This document shows, in pieces, positions 10,386 to 21,462 of a DNA stretch of 64,000 bases. Origin of the DNA: Escherichia coli (GTDB taxonomy: Bacteria; Pseudomonadota; Gammaproteobacteria; Enterobacterales; Enterobacteriaceae); NCBI RefSeq assembly GCF_965641715.1, contig NZ_OZ282453.1, one strand, 5' to 3'. The notes beneath the pieces are model-generated. The model was given only the letters and a program-made list of their open reading frames with translations. It was not told the DNA's origin and made no database searches. The position numbers and the translations under genes are program-made. Positions within the stretch are counted from its first letter, which is position 1; each line of letters begins with the position of its first letter.

Positions 10386-11932
10386 CAGGCTTCCTCCCCT
10401 TTGCAGATAAATTCACGCGCCAGCAATCCGGTATTGGTGCTGCTGCTCGCCAGAATCACTCCGGCATCAAGCAGCATCTGGCTTTGTTGTTCTAACGATG
10501 GCGTATCAAGATCGGTACCCAGCACATAGGCGAGAATGATCAACTCTCGTCCTTCGGCAGCGGCGATCGCTTTCGCTTCTTTGATCGCCTCGATGGTGGA
10601 GCCGACCGGATCTTCATGCGATCCAAATCCGAGCACAAAATCCATCACGATCACCGCCACTTCTGGATCGCGCGCCTCTTCGAGCAAGCGACTGATGCGG
10701 TTGGTGGGGTCAATCATTGGATGCGGCTTGCCGTTGGTGAAGTCGTCATCGCCAAAGTCGAGGAAGGTGTGTTTGATGCTGCGGTTGATATCTTTCAGGC
10801 GGAATTCCGGATCGGGCTGAATGTTGCTGTAGACATCGCCATGTTTTTCCATCACCGCGAACATGGTTTCGTCGCACAACGTGCCGCCGCAGAACAGGCC
10901 ACGAATGTATTTCTGCTGCGGTTGCAGACGCGCACGCACATCCGCAATCAACGGCTGGTTCAGGGTATGCAGGTCGAGATGTTCTTGTTTCACGCCGGAG
11001 AGCATCACCGCTTTTAGCGCCGCTTCTTTGCTGCCGCGGGCAAACTGTAGCCCCTGCTCATCCACTGGCGTTTCGCCACGACCGAGGAAGCAGACCACCA
11101 CCGGCTTGCGGCAGGCGCGCGCACGTTCCAGCACTTTGCGGGCCACCGCAGGCGCAGGCGGTTTGGAGATCAGCGCAATGATTTCAGTTTGCGGATCGTT
11201 TTCCAGCATCCCGATGGCATCGAGCATCATCAGGCCGCCGATTTTCTCGCTCAGGTCGCGCCCGCCGGTGCCAATCAGTTGCGAAACGCCACCGCCAAAT
11301 TCATGAATGCGGACGCTCAACTCCTGGCTGCCGGTGCCGGATGCGCCAACAATACCGATGTTGCCGCGACGCACGGCGTTACCAAAACAGAGCGACGCGC
11401 CGTTGATAATCGCCGTGCCACAGTCTGGCCCCATCATCAGCAGCCCTTTTTCGTGGGCCAGTTGCTTGAGCGCCAGTTCATCTTCAACTGAGACGTTATC
11501 GGAAAACAGCATCACGTTGAGATCGTTTTGCAGCGCCTGACGCGCTTCGCGAGCGGCAAACAGACCGTTGACCGAAATCACCGCCAGGTTACTTTCCGGG
11601 ATATGCTTTTTGGCGCTGGCAATAGTGGCGTAACGCGCCTCGTGCGAGCCGCTTTGCGCTTTGGTGTTGAACAGTTCTTCAATCTCCACCAGCAACTGCT
11701 CGTTGTCCGCCCCCGATTTACCATTGATGACAATCATCAGGTCGCCGTTTTTCGCCTGCTCCAGCTCCGGCGTCAGCAGTCCTAAATTTTTCAGCACACC
11801 TTTGTTCATTTCGGTCGCCATCGCCACAAATGCCTGCTCGACGCCGTCGAGTTTATTTGCACGCGTGGAGATAGACATCAGCGAGACAGAATCAAAATAG
11901 GTATTCGGTTTAATGACTATTTTAACTGACAT
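10385..11932 (-). CDS. yahF: FdrA-like protein with succinyl-CoA synthetase alpha-type fold
   Basis: 515 aa; CoA-binding/ligase-like glycine-rich segments (GIVGASGTG); matches remembered YahF. Confidence 0.8.
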   Translation of the reverse strand: MSVKIVIKPNTYFDSVSLMSISTRANKLDGVEQAFVAMATEMNKGVLKNLGLLTPELEQAKNGDLMIVINGKSGADNEQLLVEIEELFNTKAQSGSHEARYATIASAKKHIPESNLAVISVNGLFAAREARQALQNDLNVMLFSDNVSVEDELALKQLAHEKGLLMMGPDCGTAIINGASLCFGNAVRRGNIGIVGASGTGSQELSVRIHEFGGGVSQLIGTGGRDLSEKIGGLMMLDAIGMLENDPQTEIIALISKPPAPAVARKVLERARACRKPVVVCFLGRGETPVDEQGLQFARGSKEAALKAVMLSGVKQEHLDLHTLNQPLIADVRARLQPQQKYIRGLFCGGTLCDETMFAVMEKHGDVYSNIQPDPEFRLKDINRSIKHTFLDFGDDDFTNGKPHPMIDPTNRISRLLEEARDPEVAVIVMDFVLGFGSHEDPVGSTIEAIKEAKAIAAAEGRELIILAYVLGTDLDTPSLEQQSQMLLDAGVILASSSTNTGLLAREFICKGEEA

Positions 11933-12785
11933 AATTCCCTCCGTAGGTTTGGCTCAGCGCACAACCATCGGCCATGCCATACAGCATGTCGCAGCCGGAA
12001 CTGGAGCCAATATGTTTAATTTTTTCTATTGCCTGAGTTGCGTTCCCAGGGATGTCATAAATAATGTTGTGAATAAAACGATGAATATTTTCCCGGCAGC
12101 GTTGTTGTAATGCGGCTTCCAGCGTTATGGCACTTAATAACGTGGTATTATTTCTGCCGCGTTGCAAGCCGAGATAAAATTCCTCTTTGTATTTTCCCGC
12201 CGGATGCCCGGAAATAAATAAAATAAGTGCCAGACCTGTTAAATAATCATCGGCTAATGGCGTAAGGCCAATCCCTAAGCCCATCATACTGGCGACCGCT
12301 GAGGCGATATTTTGTTTATCGTTTACTGTCTGAATAACTGCCCGTCGTTTAATATGTAATTCTTTATTTAACGCCTGATAAAACGGATTATCGCCGCGAT
12401 AATTAAACAGGGTTTCATTTTCCCCCAGGTGCTGATGAATAATGTCGTGCCACTGTTGCCAGGCGATAAGGTGAAAATTCACAGCGGTCATTTGCAAGGT
12501 TGGGGACAGCCAACGCCGACAACGACTCATCTCTATATGAAGATGTTGACCAACCGTAATACCTTGATCGTCAAACTGAACCTTATCACCATGCCGGAAC
12601 AGATCATCAAAGTGAGTGAGTGCCAACCGACAACTGTTTGGCGCATTGTCGTACTCTTCACAAAGCAGCGTCAGCAACTGCTGGCGAGCCGGGAGTGCGA
12701 TATTTACCGCTCTGGCAAAGACCTGTTCAACCTGTCCTTGCCCCCGCTGCGCCAGAAAATCCGCATCCGCAGTTAGCGCCCACAC
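11922..12785 (-). CDS. yahE: DUF2877-family protein, YlbF-like
   Basis: 287-aa ORF overlapping yahF start by 11 nt (translational coupling). Confidence 0.75.
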   Translation of the reverse strand: MWALTADADFLAQRGQGQVEQVFARAVNIALPARQQLLTLLCEEYDNAPNSCRLALTHFDDLFRHGDKVQFDDQGITVGQHLHIEMSRCRRWLSPTLQMTAVNFHLIAWQQWHDIIHQHLGENETLFNYRGDNPFYQALNKELHIKRRAVIQTVNDKQNIASAVASMMGLGIGLTPLADDYLTGLALILFISGHPAGKYKEEFYLGLQRGRNNTTLLSAITLEAALQQRCRENIHRFIHNIIYDIPGNATQAIEKIKHIGSSSGCDMLYGMADGCALSQTYGGNYVS

Positions 12786-12824
12786 ACACCGTTTTTCTGG
12801 TGTGTTGATAGCAAGCCTCCCGGT

Positions 12825-13430
12825 TTATGCACCTGCGGCAATCAGTAACTGCGCAATCTCTTCAAAGCCCCGTTCTCGCGCCAGTTCCAGTGGCGTTTTG
12901 CCATATTTATCGGTCAGATGCGGGCTGGCACCGTGTTCCAGCAATAACTGCACAATCGCCTGCTGTTTAATACCACCATCATTAAGCACAATCGCTTCCA
13001 GTAGCGGCGTCCAGCCTACATGGTTGGTCTGGTTAACGTTAATCTCCGTATACGCCAAAAGCTCTTTTACAATACTTAAATGGCCTTTTTCACAGGCAGG
13101 CGTCAGGCCGACACCGCCAAAACGGGTTACGCAATTAAGATCGGGTTTAGCCGGTAAAATAATTCGTAGTAGCGTTAAATCATCGTTCAGACAGCTAATT
13201 AAAAAAGGATTTAAACAGGTATGATCTTGTTTATTAATATCCGCTCCGGCGTCAATTAATGCCTGAACGCAAGCATATTGCTGATATAAACTTGCCAGCG
13301 TAATTGCCGTTTTCCCCTGACGGTCGCAGGTATTAATATCGACACCCAGCGCAAGGCAGTTTTTTACTTTATCGATATCACCCTGTTGTGCAGCCAATAA
13401 ATAGTCGGCAGGTAGATTTTTTATACTCAT
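12825..13430 (-). CDS. yahD: Ankyrin-repeat protein
   Basis: 201 aa with repeated ankyrin-like G-TPL/ALxxG..LL motifs. Confidence 0.8.
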   Translation of the reverse strand: MSIKNLPADYLLAAQQGDIDKVKNCLALGVDINTCDRQGKTAITLASLYQQYACVQALIDAGADINKQDHTCLNPFLISCLNDDLTLLRIILPAKPDLNCVTRFGGVGLTPACEKGHLSIVKELLAYTEINVNQTNHVGWTPLLEAIVLNDGGIKQQAIVQLLLEHGASPHLTDKYGKTPLELARERGFEEIAQLLIAAGA

Positions 13431-13687
13431 TCACATTCCCCTGGTTTTTGTGGCTGTTTTCGATGAATTGAGAATAGCAACGATAATCTGATAAAAGAAC
13501 CCGCTTAAATTTAATTCGCCGTATTTCGCCTTTTTGTTGAATGATGTTCAACAATCTTTTCGCAGTGTGCGGTAGTGCAATATTTGTTTCTTTGACCCGA
13601 TACCCTTTCACTCAATCAGGTTTTATTTCTCTATAGTCTGCACATGTAAGAGTAGCTTTCGTCCATGTCTAACCAGAGGGGAACAAG

Positions 13688-14185
13688 ATGAACGGACTCA
13701 CGGCAACGGGTGTCACCGTCGGTATTTGTGCAGGGCTTTGGCAGTTAGTGTCTTCACATGTCGGGCTCTCTCAGGGATGGGAATTATTAGGAACGACAGG
13801 CTTCGTCGCCTTTTGCAGTTTTTATGCCGCAGGCGGCGGTAAATCGGGGTTTATCAGAAGTCTGGCGGTTAATTATTCCGGGATGGTGTGGGCGTTTTTC
13901 GCCGCGCTGACTGCCGGTTGGCTGGCCACTGTAAGTGGACTGTCCGCGTTCTGGGCGAGCGTAATTACTACCGTACCCTTCTCGGCGGTGGTGGTCTGGC
14001 AAGGGCGTTTCTGGTTACTGTCATTTATTCCCGGTGGCTTTCTCGGCATGACGCTGTTTTTTGCCAGCGGGATGAACTGGACGGTGACGTTACTGGGTTT
14101 TCTGGCGGGTAACTGCGTGGGGATAATTTCAGAATATGGTGGACAAAAATTAAGCGAAGCGACGACTAAACGCGACGGGTATTAA
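13688..14185 (+). CDS. yahC: Small inner-membrane protein
   Basis: 165 aa, about four hydrophobic helices; divergent from yahD. Confidence 0.75.
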   Translation: MNGLTATGVTVGICAGLWQLVSSHVGLSQGWELLGTTGFVAFCSFYAAGGGKSGFIRSLAVNYSGMVWAFFAALTAGWLATVSGLSAFWASVITTVPFSAVVVWQGRFWLLSFIPGGFLGMTLFFASGMNWTVTLLGFLAGNCVGIISEYGGQKLSEATTKRDGY

Positions 14186-14276
14186 AAGTTATTCAAAAAT
14201 GATTATCTATCTTTAACCGATACCTCTACAGTCATAGCTGGAGAAATTCATAGTAGATAATGGCGAGAATGGTTTA

Positions 14277-15209
14277 ATGAACTCAATTTTTACCGAAGAG
14301 AATCTGTTGGCATTTACTACCGCTGCGCGTTTTGGCAGCTTCAGTAAAGCCGCAGAAGAGTTGGGTTTAACCACTTCCGCCATTAGCTACACCATCAAGC
14401 GTATGGAGACGGGGCTGGATGTGGTGCTGTTCACTCGCAGTACCCGCAGCATTGAGTTAACGGAGTCCGGGCGTTATTTTTTCCGCAAAGCTACCGACCT
14501 GCTGAATGATTTTTATGCCATCAAACGTAGCATAGATACTATTTCGCAGGGCATAGAAGCGCGTGTGCGCATTTGTATTAATCAGCTGCTTTATACGCCC
14601 AAACACACCGCGCGCTTATTACAGGTGCTGAAAAAGCAGTTTCCTACCTGCCAGATTACCGTGACGACCGAAGTGTATAACGGCGTCTGGGATGCGATTA
14701 TTAATAATCAGGCCAATATCGCCATCGGCGCACCCGATACACTACTGGACGGCGGCGGTATTGATTACACTGAAATTGGCGCGATTCGCTGGGCTTTTGC
14801 TATCGCCCCGGATCACCCGTTAGCCTTTGTGCCGGAACCCATCGCCGAAAGCCAACTGCGTCTCTACCCTAATATTATGGTGGAGGACACCGCGCATACG
14901 ATTAATAAAAAAGTGGGCTGGTTGCTGCACGGGCAGGAGTCGATTCTGGTGCCAGATTTCAACACCAAATGTCAGTGCCAGATTTTAGGTGAAGGGATTG
15001 GTTTTTTGCCGGATTACATGGTCCGTGAGGCGATGACGCAATCCCTGCTGGTTACCCGACAAATCCATAATCCGCGCCAGGATTCGCGCATGTTACTGGC
15101 GACTCAGCATTCTGCTACGGGTCAGGTGACGCAGTGGATTAAAAAACAATTTGCGCCAAATGGCATATTAACGGGGATCTATCAGGATTTACTGCATCGG
15201 GAGAATTAA
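14277..15209 (+). CDS. yahB: LysR-family transcriptional regulator
   Basis: 310 aa; N-terminal HTH (FTTAARFGSFSKAAEELGLTTSAISYTIKRME) and LysR substrate-binding domain. Confidence 0.85.
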   Translation: MNSIFTEENLLAFTTAARFGSFSKAAEELGLTTSAISYTIKRMETGLDVVLFTRSTRSIELTESGRYFFRKATDLLNDFYAIKRSIDTISQGIEARVRICINQLLYTPKHTARLLQVLKKQFPTCQITVTTEVYNGVWDAIINNQANIAIGAPDTLLDGGGIDYTEIGAIRWAFAIAPDHPLAFVPEPIAESQLRLYPNIMVEDTAHTINKKVGWLLHGQESILVPDFNTKCQCQILGEGIGFLPDYMVREAMTQSLLVTRQIHNPRQDSRMLLATQHSATGQVTQWIKKQFAPNGILTGIYQDLLHREN

Positions 15210-15250
15210 TCGCTGCCAACCTCCCGATGCGCTGTGAATAGCGGTTTACA

Positions 15251-16339
15251 TCAACCACCTGCTTTCATTACCCATTCAGAGATAAATTTATTACCCGGAA
15301 CTGGCGGGGAGTACAAATAGCCCTGCAAAAAGTGAACGCCTTTACCGATCATTAAATCCGCCTGCTCCTGGGTTTCTACCCCTTCCGCTACGATACTCAG
15401 ACCAGGCTTACGCGCCAGTTCGACAATATTGTCCACAATATGACCGGAGATTTCGTCGACACTCGCCATTTGCACAAACGACTTGTCAATTTTAATAAAA
15501 TCGACCGGAAACGCCTGCAGATAACGATAGGTCGCATAACCCGTACCAAAGTCATCCAGCGCAAAGGTAATGTTGTGCTGATGAAGGCTGTCAAATATCG
15601 CTCTGGCTTCTGGCGTTACCGGAATAGGGTTACGTTCCGTTAGCTCGAGAACCAGTTTGATTTTATCGTTTCCTAATTTCTTGACCAGGTTCAGGCATTC
15701 TTTTTCAAATCCCGCGGCCAAAAAACAACCCGCCGAGACGTTGATACCAATATGGAAATTATCCGGCAGCAAATGTTTTACCGGCATCAGAATATCCGCA
15801 GTCTGTTTCATCAGTTGGCGGGTCATTATGACAATAAGACCGGATGACTCCGCCAGAGGAATAAACTGATCCGGTGGGATAATTCCCGTTTGTGGATGTT
15901 CCCAGCGGACAAGCACTTCACAGCCCGTCAGTACCCCAGTCTGCGCGCAGAAAACCGGTTGGATCCACGGTTTGAATTCGTGGTTTTCCAACGCCAGACT
16001 GATGGCTTCAGGCGTGACGATATGGTGATAGTGATTATCATTAATATATCTATGACTATTACTACCCGTGGCGGATATGATCTCCGGATTGTACTGAAAG
16101 AAAATATCGCGCCAGAAAGTAATATCGCTCTGAATCCCCAGTTTCTCAAAGAGCTGTTTCTTTTGATGTGAAATTGTCTTTGCACTGCGATTTCTGTACT
16201 GTGATATTTCTGTTACAGACATTCCCTGCATCAGCAGCTTGAGTAGCAGTCGTTCTTTCTCGGATACGCTACCAGGCAATGACAAATGAACCGTTGTACC
16301 GAACTCTTGCAGAAAAACACGAAAATCACATGAATTCAT
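15251..16339 (-). CDS. pdeL: c-di-GMP phosphodiesterase PdeL (LuxR-type HTH plus EAL domain)
   Basis: 362 aa from ATG at 16339 (tool ORF starts 2 codons upstream at GTG); EAL-domain motifs; N-terminal LuxR HTH. Confidence 0.9.
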   Translation of the reverse strand: MNSCDFRVFLQEFGTTVHLSLPGSVSEKERLLLKLLMQGMSVTEISQYRNRSAKTISHQKKQLFEKLGIQSDITFWRDIFFQYNPEIISATGSNSHRYINDNHYHHIVTPEAISLALENHEFKPWIQPVFCAQTGVLTGCEVLVRWEHPQTGIIPPDQFIPLAESSGLIVIMTRQLMKQTADILMPVKHLLPDNFHIGINVSAGCFLAAGFEKECLNLVKKLGNDKIKLVLELTERNPIPVTPEARAIFDSLHQHNITFALDDFGTGYATYRYLQAFPVDFIKIDKSFVQMASVDEISGHIVDNIVELARKPGLSIVAEGVETQEQADLMIGKGVHFLQGYLYSPPVPGNKFISEWVMKAGG

Positions 16340-17170
16340 GAACACACCTTTTATCTTTTATCGCTGTTCAGTATGAGTGATTACCTGTGGATTCCTGAGC
16401 ACACATAAGGGGTAACCATAAACATTAGCGATGCCATACGTATAACATCCCACATCACTATCAAGAAGATTATCTTTACCTCTGATGCTCGCTCAAAAAC
16501 AGTTACGCTAAATACCTTAAAAAGGTAATCACAAGTCAAACTCAGGAGATAATCACGCAAGAATGCAATATTAAAATTCAGATACTCATTTTTGGTAATA
16601 AAGAAGTAGTTGGACTATTTCGATATTTATAATTTCCCACTACGTATTGATGCCCACTCATGAGTAAAGGCGCATTATATGAATTTAACAATCCAGATCA
16701 ACTGAAAATACCTCAACCTCATAAACACATAGCGTCAACATTCAATGACATAATGAGTAAAGATGTTGGTTATGCATACACGTCATTACTCTATGCCTAT
16801 CCCTTAACAACCTGCCTTTTAAGACTGAATCCATTCAGCAATAGATAGCCAACATTATAACAATGACAATAAAAACAATATTTAAAACAATCAATAAAAT
16901 ATCAGACACAGACAATTAAACCTTAAACAACAAACGGTCACATTGATTTTAGTTGATTTGCGCTACGCGTTCCCATGAATAAAGCGTCATTTCAAATTAG
17001 CACCAATATTTACATTAAATAAGACTAAGCTTATTGAACATTCACAACAGTCCAAACGTAGGTTTTGGGCTTCAATAGTTCTTTTCTTTTTTATTATCTG
17101 TTGCCTGGCAATCATCAATCGATACTAAGGGCTTAACCGTACAGATATAACGTATCAAGAGGTAAGAGAA

Positions 17171-17200
17171 ACCGCGCCATATGCAGACATGGCGCGGTTT
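17171..17200 (-). terminator. Hairpin terminator downstream of betT
   Basis: perfect 10-bp stem accgcgccat/atggcgcggt with 8-nt loop, 14 nt past the betT stop; T-rich flank. Confidence 0.6.
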
Positions 17201-17213
17201 TATGCAATAACAA

Positions 17214-19247
17214 TCACGCGTCCGGGAACATCACGCTATGGCCCGGCGCTTCACGATGGAGATGAATAAAGTTAAGGTGCCGCTCGTACTGGTCAAGAAT
17301 ATCGGTGATCACCTGCTCTTTGCTGTAGTCCATCAGGTCGTTGCCCTGGCTGCCTTCTAACAGGAAAGTTTCCAGCCGGTAGTAAGTCGATTTACCGCTA
17401 CGTGCGCGGTAGGTAAAGCCCGGCACCGAATATTGCTGCGGCCAAATCTGATAGACAAAGTTTTGCTCTTCGCCCATATGCACCAACAAATCCAGATGCC
17501 CCAACTGTTGTCCCTCTTCCGGCGGCAGGCTTTTTAGCTCCACGTACGCGCCGCGCAACCGCAACTCCTGCGCCACTTCTTCCATTGCCGGGTAACAGAC
17601 CGTCTCCATCATCTGTTTAGTGTAACGCGTGCCCGGATAATTCATCAGGCGCGAGAGACGTTTTTTCCAGCTCAGGCGATCCTGAAGCCCCAGCGGTCGC
17701 GGTGCGGTATCGCGGTTGGCACTTTCACGGCGGTAATCTTCTACCTTCAGAGATTTATACAACCCCGCCATCACGAAGAAGATCACAAAGCTGAACGGCA
17801 GCCCCATAATCACCGTGGTGTTTTGCAGCGCGGATATCCCGTTGGTCATCAGCATGCCGAGCGTCAGCAGGCCAATCGCCACCGACCAGAAGACGCGCAG
17901 CCAGCCGGGGGCGTCGCTGTTGATATCTTTAAGCTGCGAGGTGAAATTCCCCAGCACCAGCGCCCCGGAGTCCGCCGAGGTCACATAAAACAGCAGGCCA
18001 GTAATGGTGGCGACGGAGGCGCTAAAGGTAAACGCCGGATACTGCGCCAGCAGGCTGTAGAAGCCGCGCTCCGGATGGACCATCGCTTCCTCGGCAAATG
18101 CCGCTCCGCCGTGGATGATTTCATACAGCGCGCTATTGCCGAACACCGAGAGCCATAACAGCGTGAAGGTAAACGGAATAATCAACGTGCCCAGCACGAA
18201 CTGGCGAATGGTACGCCCACGCGAGATACGCGCCAGGAACAAGCCGACAAACGGCGACCATGCCACCCACCATGCCCAGAAGAAGAGCGTCCAGTTATTC
18301 ATCCACTCAACTGGACGGTCGAAGGCAAAACTGTTGAGCGTCATGCCCATAAAGCGATTCACATAGTCGCCAACATTCAGCACCAGTGCATTAAGCAGGA
18401 ACGAAGTGTCGCCCATAAACAACACGAACAGGATCAATCCCAGCGCCAGCGCGACATTAAGCTCCGATAACACGCGAATGCCCTTATCGACACCGGATGT
18501 CACCGAGATAGTGGCGATGATCACCGACAAGGCGATCAGTGCCGCTTTTGCCGCCATCGAATCGGGAATATCAAACAGTACGCTCAAGCCATAGTTAAGC
18601 TGCACCACACCGATACCGAGCGTAGTGGCAATACCGAAGATAGTGCCGATCACCGCTGCAATATCCACTGAGTGACCTATCGGCCCATTAATCCGTTTAC
18701 CGAAGATCGGGTACAGCGCCGAGCGGATGGTGAGCGGCAAATTATAACGATAGCTAAAGTATCCGAGCGCCATGCCCATCAGCGCATACATCGACCAGCC
18801 GGTTAAGCCGTAGTGAAACAGCGTCCAGACCATCGCCTGACGCGCGGCCTCAATCGTCTGTCCCGCACCTTCCGGCGGCTGCATATACTGCGTTACCGGT
18901 TCGGCTACGGAAAAGAACATCAGATCGATACCGATCCCGGCAGCAAACAGCATCGCCGCCCAACTCAGCAGGCTGAATTCCGGTTTGGATTGTTCTGGCC
19001 CGAGCTTCACCGAACCAAAACGCGAACAAGCGATACAGACCACAAAGACAATATAGAGCGTTGCCGCCAGCAGATAGTACCAACCGAAGGTTTTAGAAAC
19101 GCAGTCCAGCGTGCGGCCAATCCACAGGGCCGAGAAGTCGCGAAACAGGATCGTTGTCAGGGAAAACAACAAAATCAGTCCGGCGGAGGTGTAAAACACC
19201 ACCGGATTGATTTTGTCCTTTTCCCTGCTGTGTGAAAGGTCTGTCAT
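17214..19247 (-). CDS. betT: High-affinity choline transporter (BCCT family)
   Basis: 677-aa polytopic membrane protein matching remembered BetT. Confidence 0.92.
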   Translation of the reverse strand: MTDLSHSREKDKINPVVFYTSAGLILLFSLTTILFRDFSALWIGRTLDCVSKTFGWYYLLAATLYIVFVVCIACSRFGSVKLGPEQSKPEFSLLSWAAMLFAAGIGIDLMFFSVAEPVTQYMQPPEGAGQTIEAARQAMVWTLFHYGLTGWSMYALMGMALGYFSYRYNLPLTIRSALYPIFGKRINGPIGHSVDIAAVIGTIFGIATTLGIGVVQLNYGLSVLFDIPDSMAAKAALIALSVIIATISVTSGVDKGIRVLSELNVALALGLILFVLFMGDTSFLLNALVLNVGDYVNRFMGMTLNSFAFDRPVEWMNNWTLFFWAWWVAWSPFVGLFLARISRGRTIRQFVLGTLIIPFTFTLLWLSVFGNSALYEIIHGGAAFAEEAMVHPERGFYSLLAQYPAFTFSASVATITGLLFYVTSADSGALVLGNFTSQLKDINSDAPGWLRVFWSVAIGLLTLGMLMTNGISALQNTTVIMGLPFSFVIFFVMAGLYKSLKVEDYRRESANRDTAPRPLGLQDRLSWKKRLSRLMNYPGTRYTKQMMETVCYPAMEEVAQELRLRGAYVELKSLPPEEGQQLGHLDLLVHMGEEQNFVYQIWPQQYSVPGFTYRARSGKSTYYRLETFLLEGSQGNDLMDYSKEQVITDILDQYERHLNFIHLHREAPGHSVMFPDA

Positions 19248-19311
19248 CCAGTATCCCCACTGTTATTGTTACCATTTAAAATCAAATTCGTAACAATTAA
19301 GACACATTTTA

Positions 19312-19328
19312 TATTGAACGTCCAATCA
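19312..19328. promoter_or_regulatory. Candidate BetI operator dyad in the divergent betT-betI promoter region
   Basis: imperfect dyad tattgaacgtccaatca in the 128-bp divergent intergenic region; exact operator not verified. Confidence 0.3.
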
Positions 19329-19375
19329 ATAACCGCTTTAATAGATAAACAACGCTGATGAATGGAGTGGCGAAA

Positions 19376-19963
19376 ATGCCCAAATTGGGGATGCAGTCGA
19401 TCCGGCGCAGACAACTGATCGACGCCACACTGGAAGCAATAAATGAAGTGGGCATGCACGATGCAACGATCGCGCAGATCGCCCGCCGTGCAGGCGTTTC
19501 TACGGGGATCATCAGCCACTATTTCAGGGACAAAAATGGTCTGCTGGAAGCAACCATGCGCGATATCACCAGTCAGCTGCGTGACGCGGTTTTGAATCGA
19601 TTACATGCACTTCCGCAGGGCAGTGCAGAGCAGCGATTACAGGCGATTGTTGGCGGAAACTTCGATGAAACGCAGGTGAGCAGTGCGGCGATGAAAGCCT
19701 GGCTGGCGTTCTGGGCCAGCAGTATGCATCAGCCGATGCTCTATCGTTTACAGCAGGTCAGCAGCCGCCGCTTGCTGTCGAATCTGGTGAGCGAGTTTCG
19801 CCGCGAATTGCCGCGCCACCAGGCACAGGAAGCGGGCTACGGCCTTGCCGCGCTGATTGACGGATTATGGCTGCGCGCGGCACTGAGCGGCAAACCGCTG
19901 GATAAACCTCTCGCACACTCGCTGACCCGTCACTTTATTACTCAGCATTTACCCACCGATTAA
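19376..19963 (+). CDS. betI: TetR-family repressor BetI
   Basis: 195 aa starting [22 protein letters not shown] (tool ORF begins 6 codons upstream); TetR HTH. Confidence 0.9.
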
Positions 19964-19976
19964 CCGAGGAGACGTG

Positions 19977-21449
19977 ATGTCCCGAATGGCAGAACAGCAG
20001 CTTTATATACATGGTGGTTATACCTCCGCCACCAGCGGTCGCACTTTCGAGACCATTAACCCGGCCAACGGTAACGTGCTGGCGACCGTGCAGGCCGCCG
20101 GGCGTGAGGATGTCGATCGCGCCGTGAAGAGTGCCCAACAGGGGCAAAAAATCTGGGCGGCGATGACCGCTATGGAACGCTCGCGTATTCTGCGTCGGGC
20201 CGTTGATATTCTGCGTGAACGCAATGACGAACTCGCAAAACTGGAAACCCTCGACACCGGAAAAGCATATTCGGAAACCTCAACCGTCGATATCGTTACC
20301 GGTGCGGACGTGCTGGAGTACTACGCCGGGCTGATACCGGCGCTGGAAGGCAGCCAGATCCCGTTGCGTGAGACGTCATTTGTTTATACCCGCCGCGAAC
20401 CGCTGGGCGTGGTGGCGGGGATTGGCGCATGGAACTACCCGATCCAGATTGCCCTGTGGAAATCCGCCCCGGCGCTGGCGGCAGGCAACGCAATGATTTT
20501 CAAACCGAGCGAAGTCACCCCGCTTACCGCGTTAAAGCTGGCTGAAATTTACAGCGAAGCGGGCCTGCCGGACGGCGTATTTAACGTGTTGCCGGGCGTG
20601 GGCGCGGAGACCGGGCAATATCTGACCGAGCATCCGGGCATTGCCAAAGTGTCATTTACCGGCGGTGTCGCCAGCGGCAAAAAAGTGATGGCTAACTCGG
20701 CGGCCTCTTCCCTGAAAGAAGTGACCATGGAACTGGGCGGTAAATCACCGCTGATCGTTTTCGATGATGCGGATCTCGATCTCGCCGCCGATATCGCCAT
20801 GATGGCAAACTTCTTCAGCTCCGGTCAGGTGTGTACCAATGGCACCCGCGTCTTCGTTCCGGCGAAATGCAAAGCCGCATTTGAACAAAAGATTCTGGCG
20901 CGCGTTGAGCGCATTCGCGCGGGCGACGTTTTCGATCCGCAAACTAACTTCGGCCCGCTGGTCAGCTTCCCGCATCGCGATAACGTGCTGCGCTATATCG
21001 CCAAAGGCAAAGAGGAAGGCGCGCGCGTACTGTGCGGCGGCGATGTACTGAAAGGCGATGGCCTCGATAACGGCGCATGGGTCGCGCCGACTGTGTTCAC
21101 CGATTGCAGCGACGATATGACCATCGTGCGTGAAGAGATCTTCGGGCCAGTGATGTCCATTCTGACCTACGATTGGGAAGACGAAGTCATTCGCCGCGCT
21201 AACGATACCGACTACGGCCTGGCGGCGGGCATCGTGACGGCGGACCTGAACCGCGCGCATCGCGTCATTCATCAGCTGGAAGCGGGTATTTGCTGGATCA
21301 ACACCTGGGGCGAATCCCCGGCAGAGATGCCCGTTGGCGGCTATAAACACTCCGGCATTGGTCGCGAGAACGGCGTGATGACGCTCCAGAGTTACACCCA
21401 GGTGAAGTCCATCCAGGTTGAGATGGCTAAATTCCAGTCCATATTCTAA
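19977..21449 (+). CDS. betB: Betaine aldehyde dehydrogenase
   Basis: 490 aa; aldehyde dehydrogenase motifs ELGGKSP and catalytic-Cys region [12 protein letters not shown]. Confidence 0.92.
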   Translation: MSRMAEQQLYIHGGYTSATSGRTFETINPANGNVLATVQAAGREDVDRAVKSAQQGQKIWAAMTAMERSRILRRAVDILRERNDELAKLETLDTGKAYSETSTVDIVTGADVLEYYAGLIPALEGSQIPLRETSFVYTRREPLGVVAGIGAWNYPIQIALWKSAPALAAGNAMIFKPSEVTPLTALKLAEIYSEAGLPDGVFNVLPGVGAETGQYLTEHPGIAKVSFTGGVASGKKVMANSAASSLKEVTMELGGKSPLIVFDDADLDLAADIAMMANFFSSGQVCTNGTRVFVPAKCKAAFEQKILARVERIRAGDVFDPQTNFGPLVSFPHRDNVLRYIAKGKEEGARVLCGGDVLKGDGLDNGAWVAPTVFTDCSDDMTIVREEIFGPVMSILTYDWEDEVIRRANDTDYGLAAGIVTADLNRAHRVIHQLEAGICWINTWGESPAEMPVGGYKHSGIGRENGVMTLQSYTQVKSIQVEMAKFQSIF

Positions 21450-21462
21450 CCAGGAGGTTTAT

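Noticed and set aside
16346-17213. 868-bp AT-rich pdeL-betT intergenic region with a 62-aa ORF (16660..16848)
   Set aside because: It matches the expected long regulatory region upstream of pdeL. The small ORF has no RBS and a low-complexity sequence; no ncRNA signature is discernible by eye.
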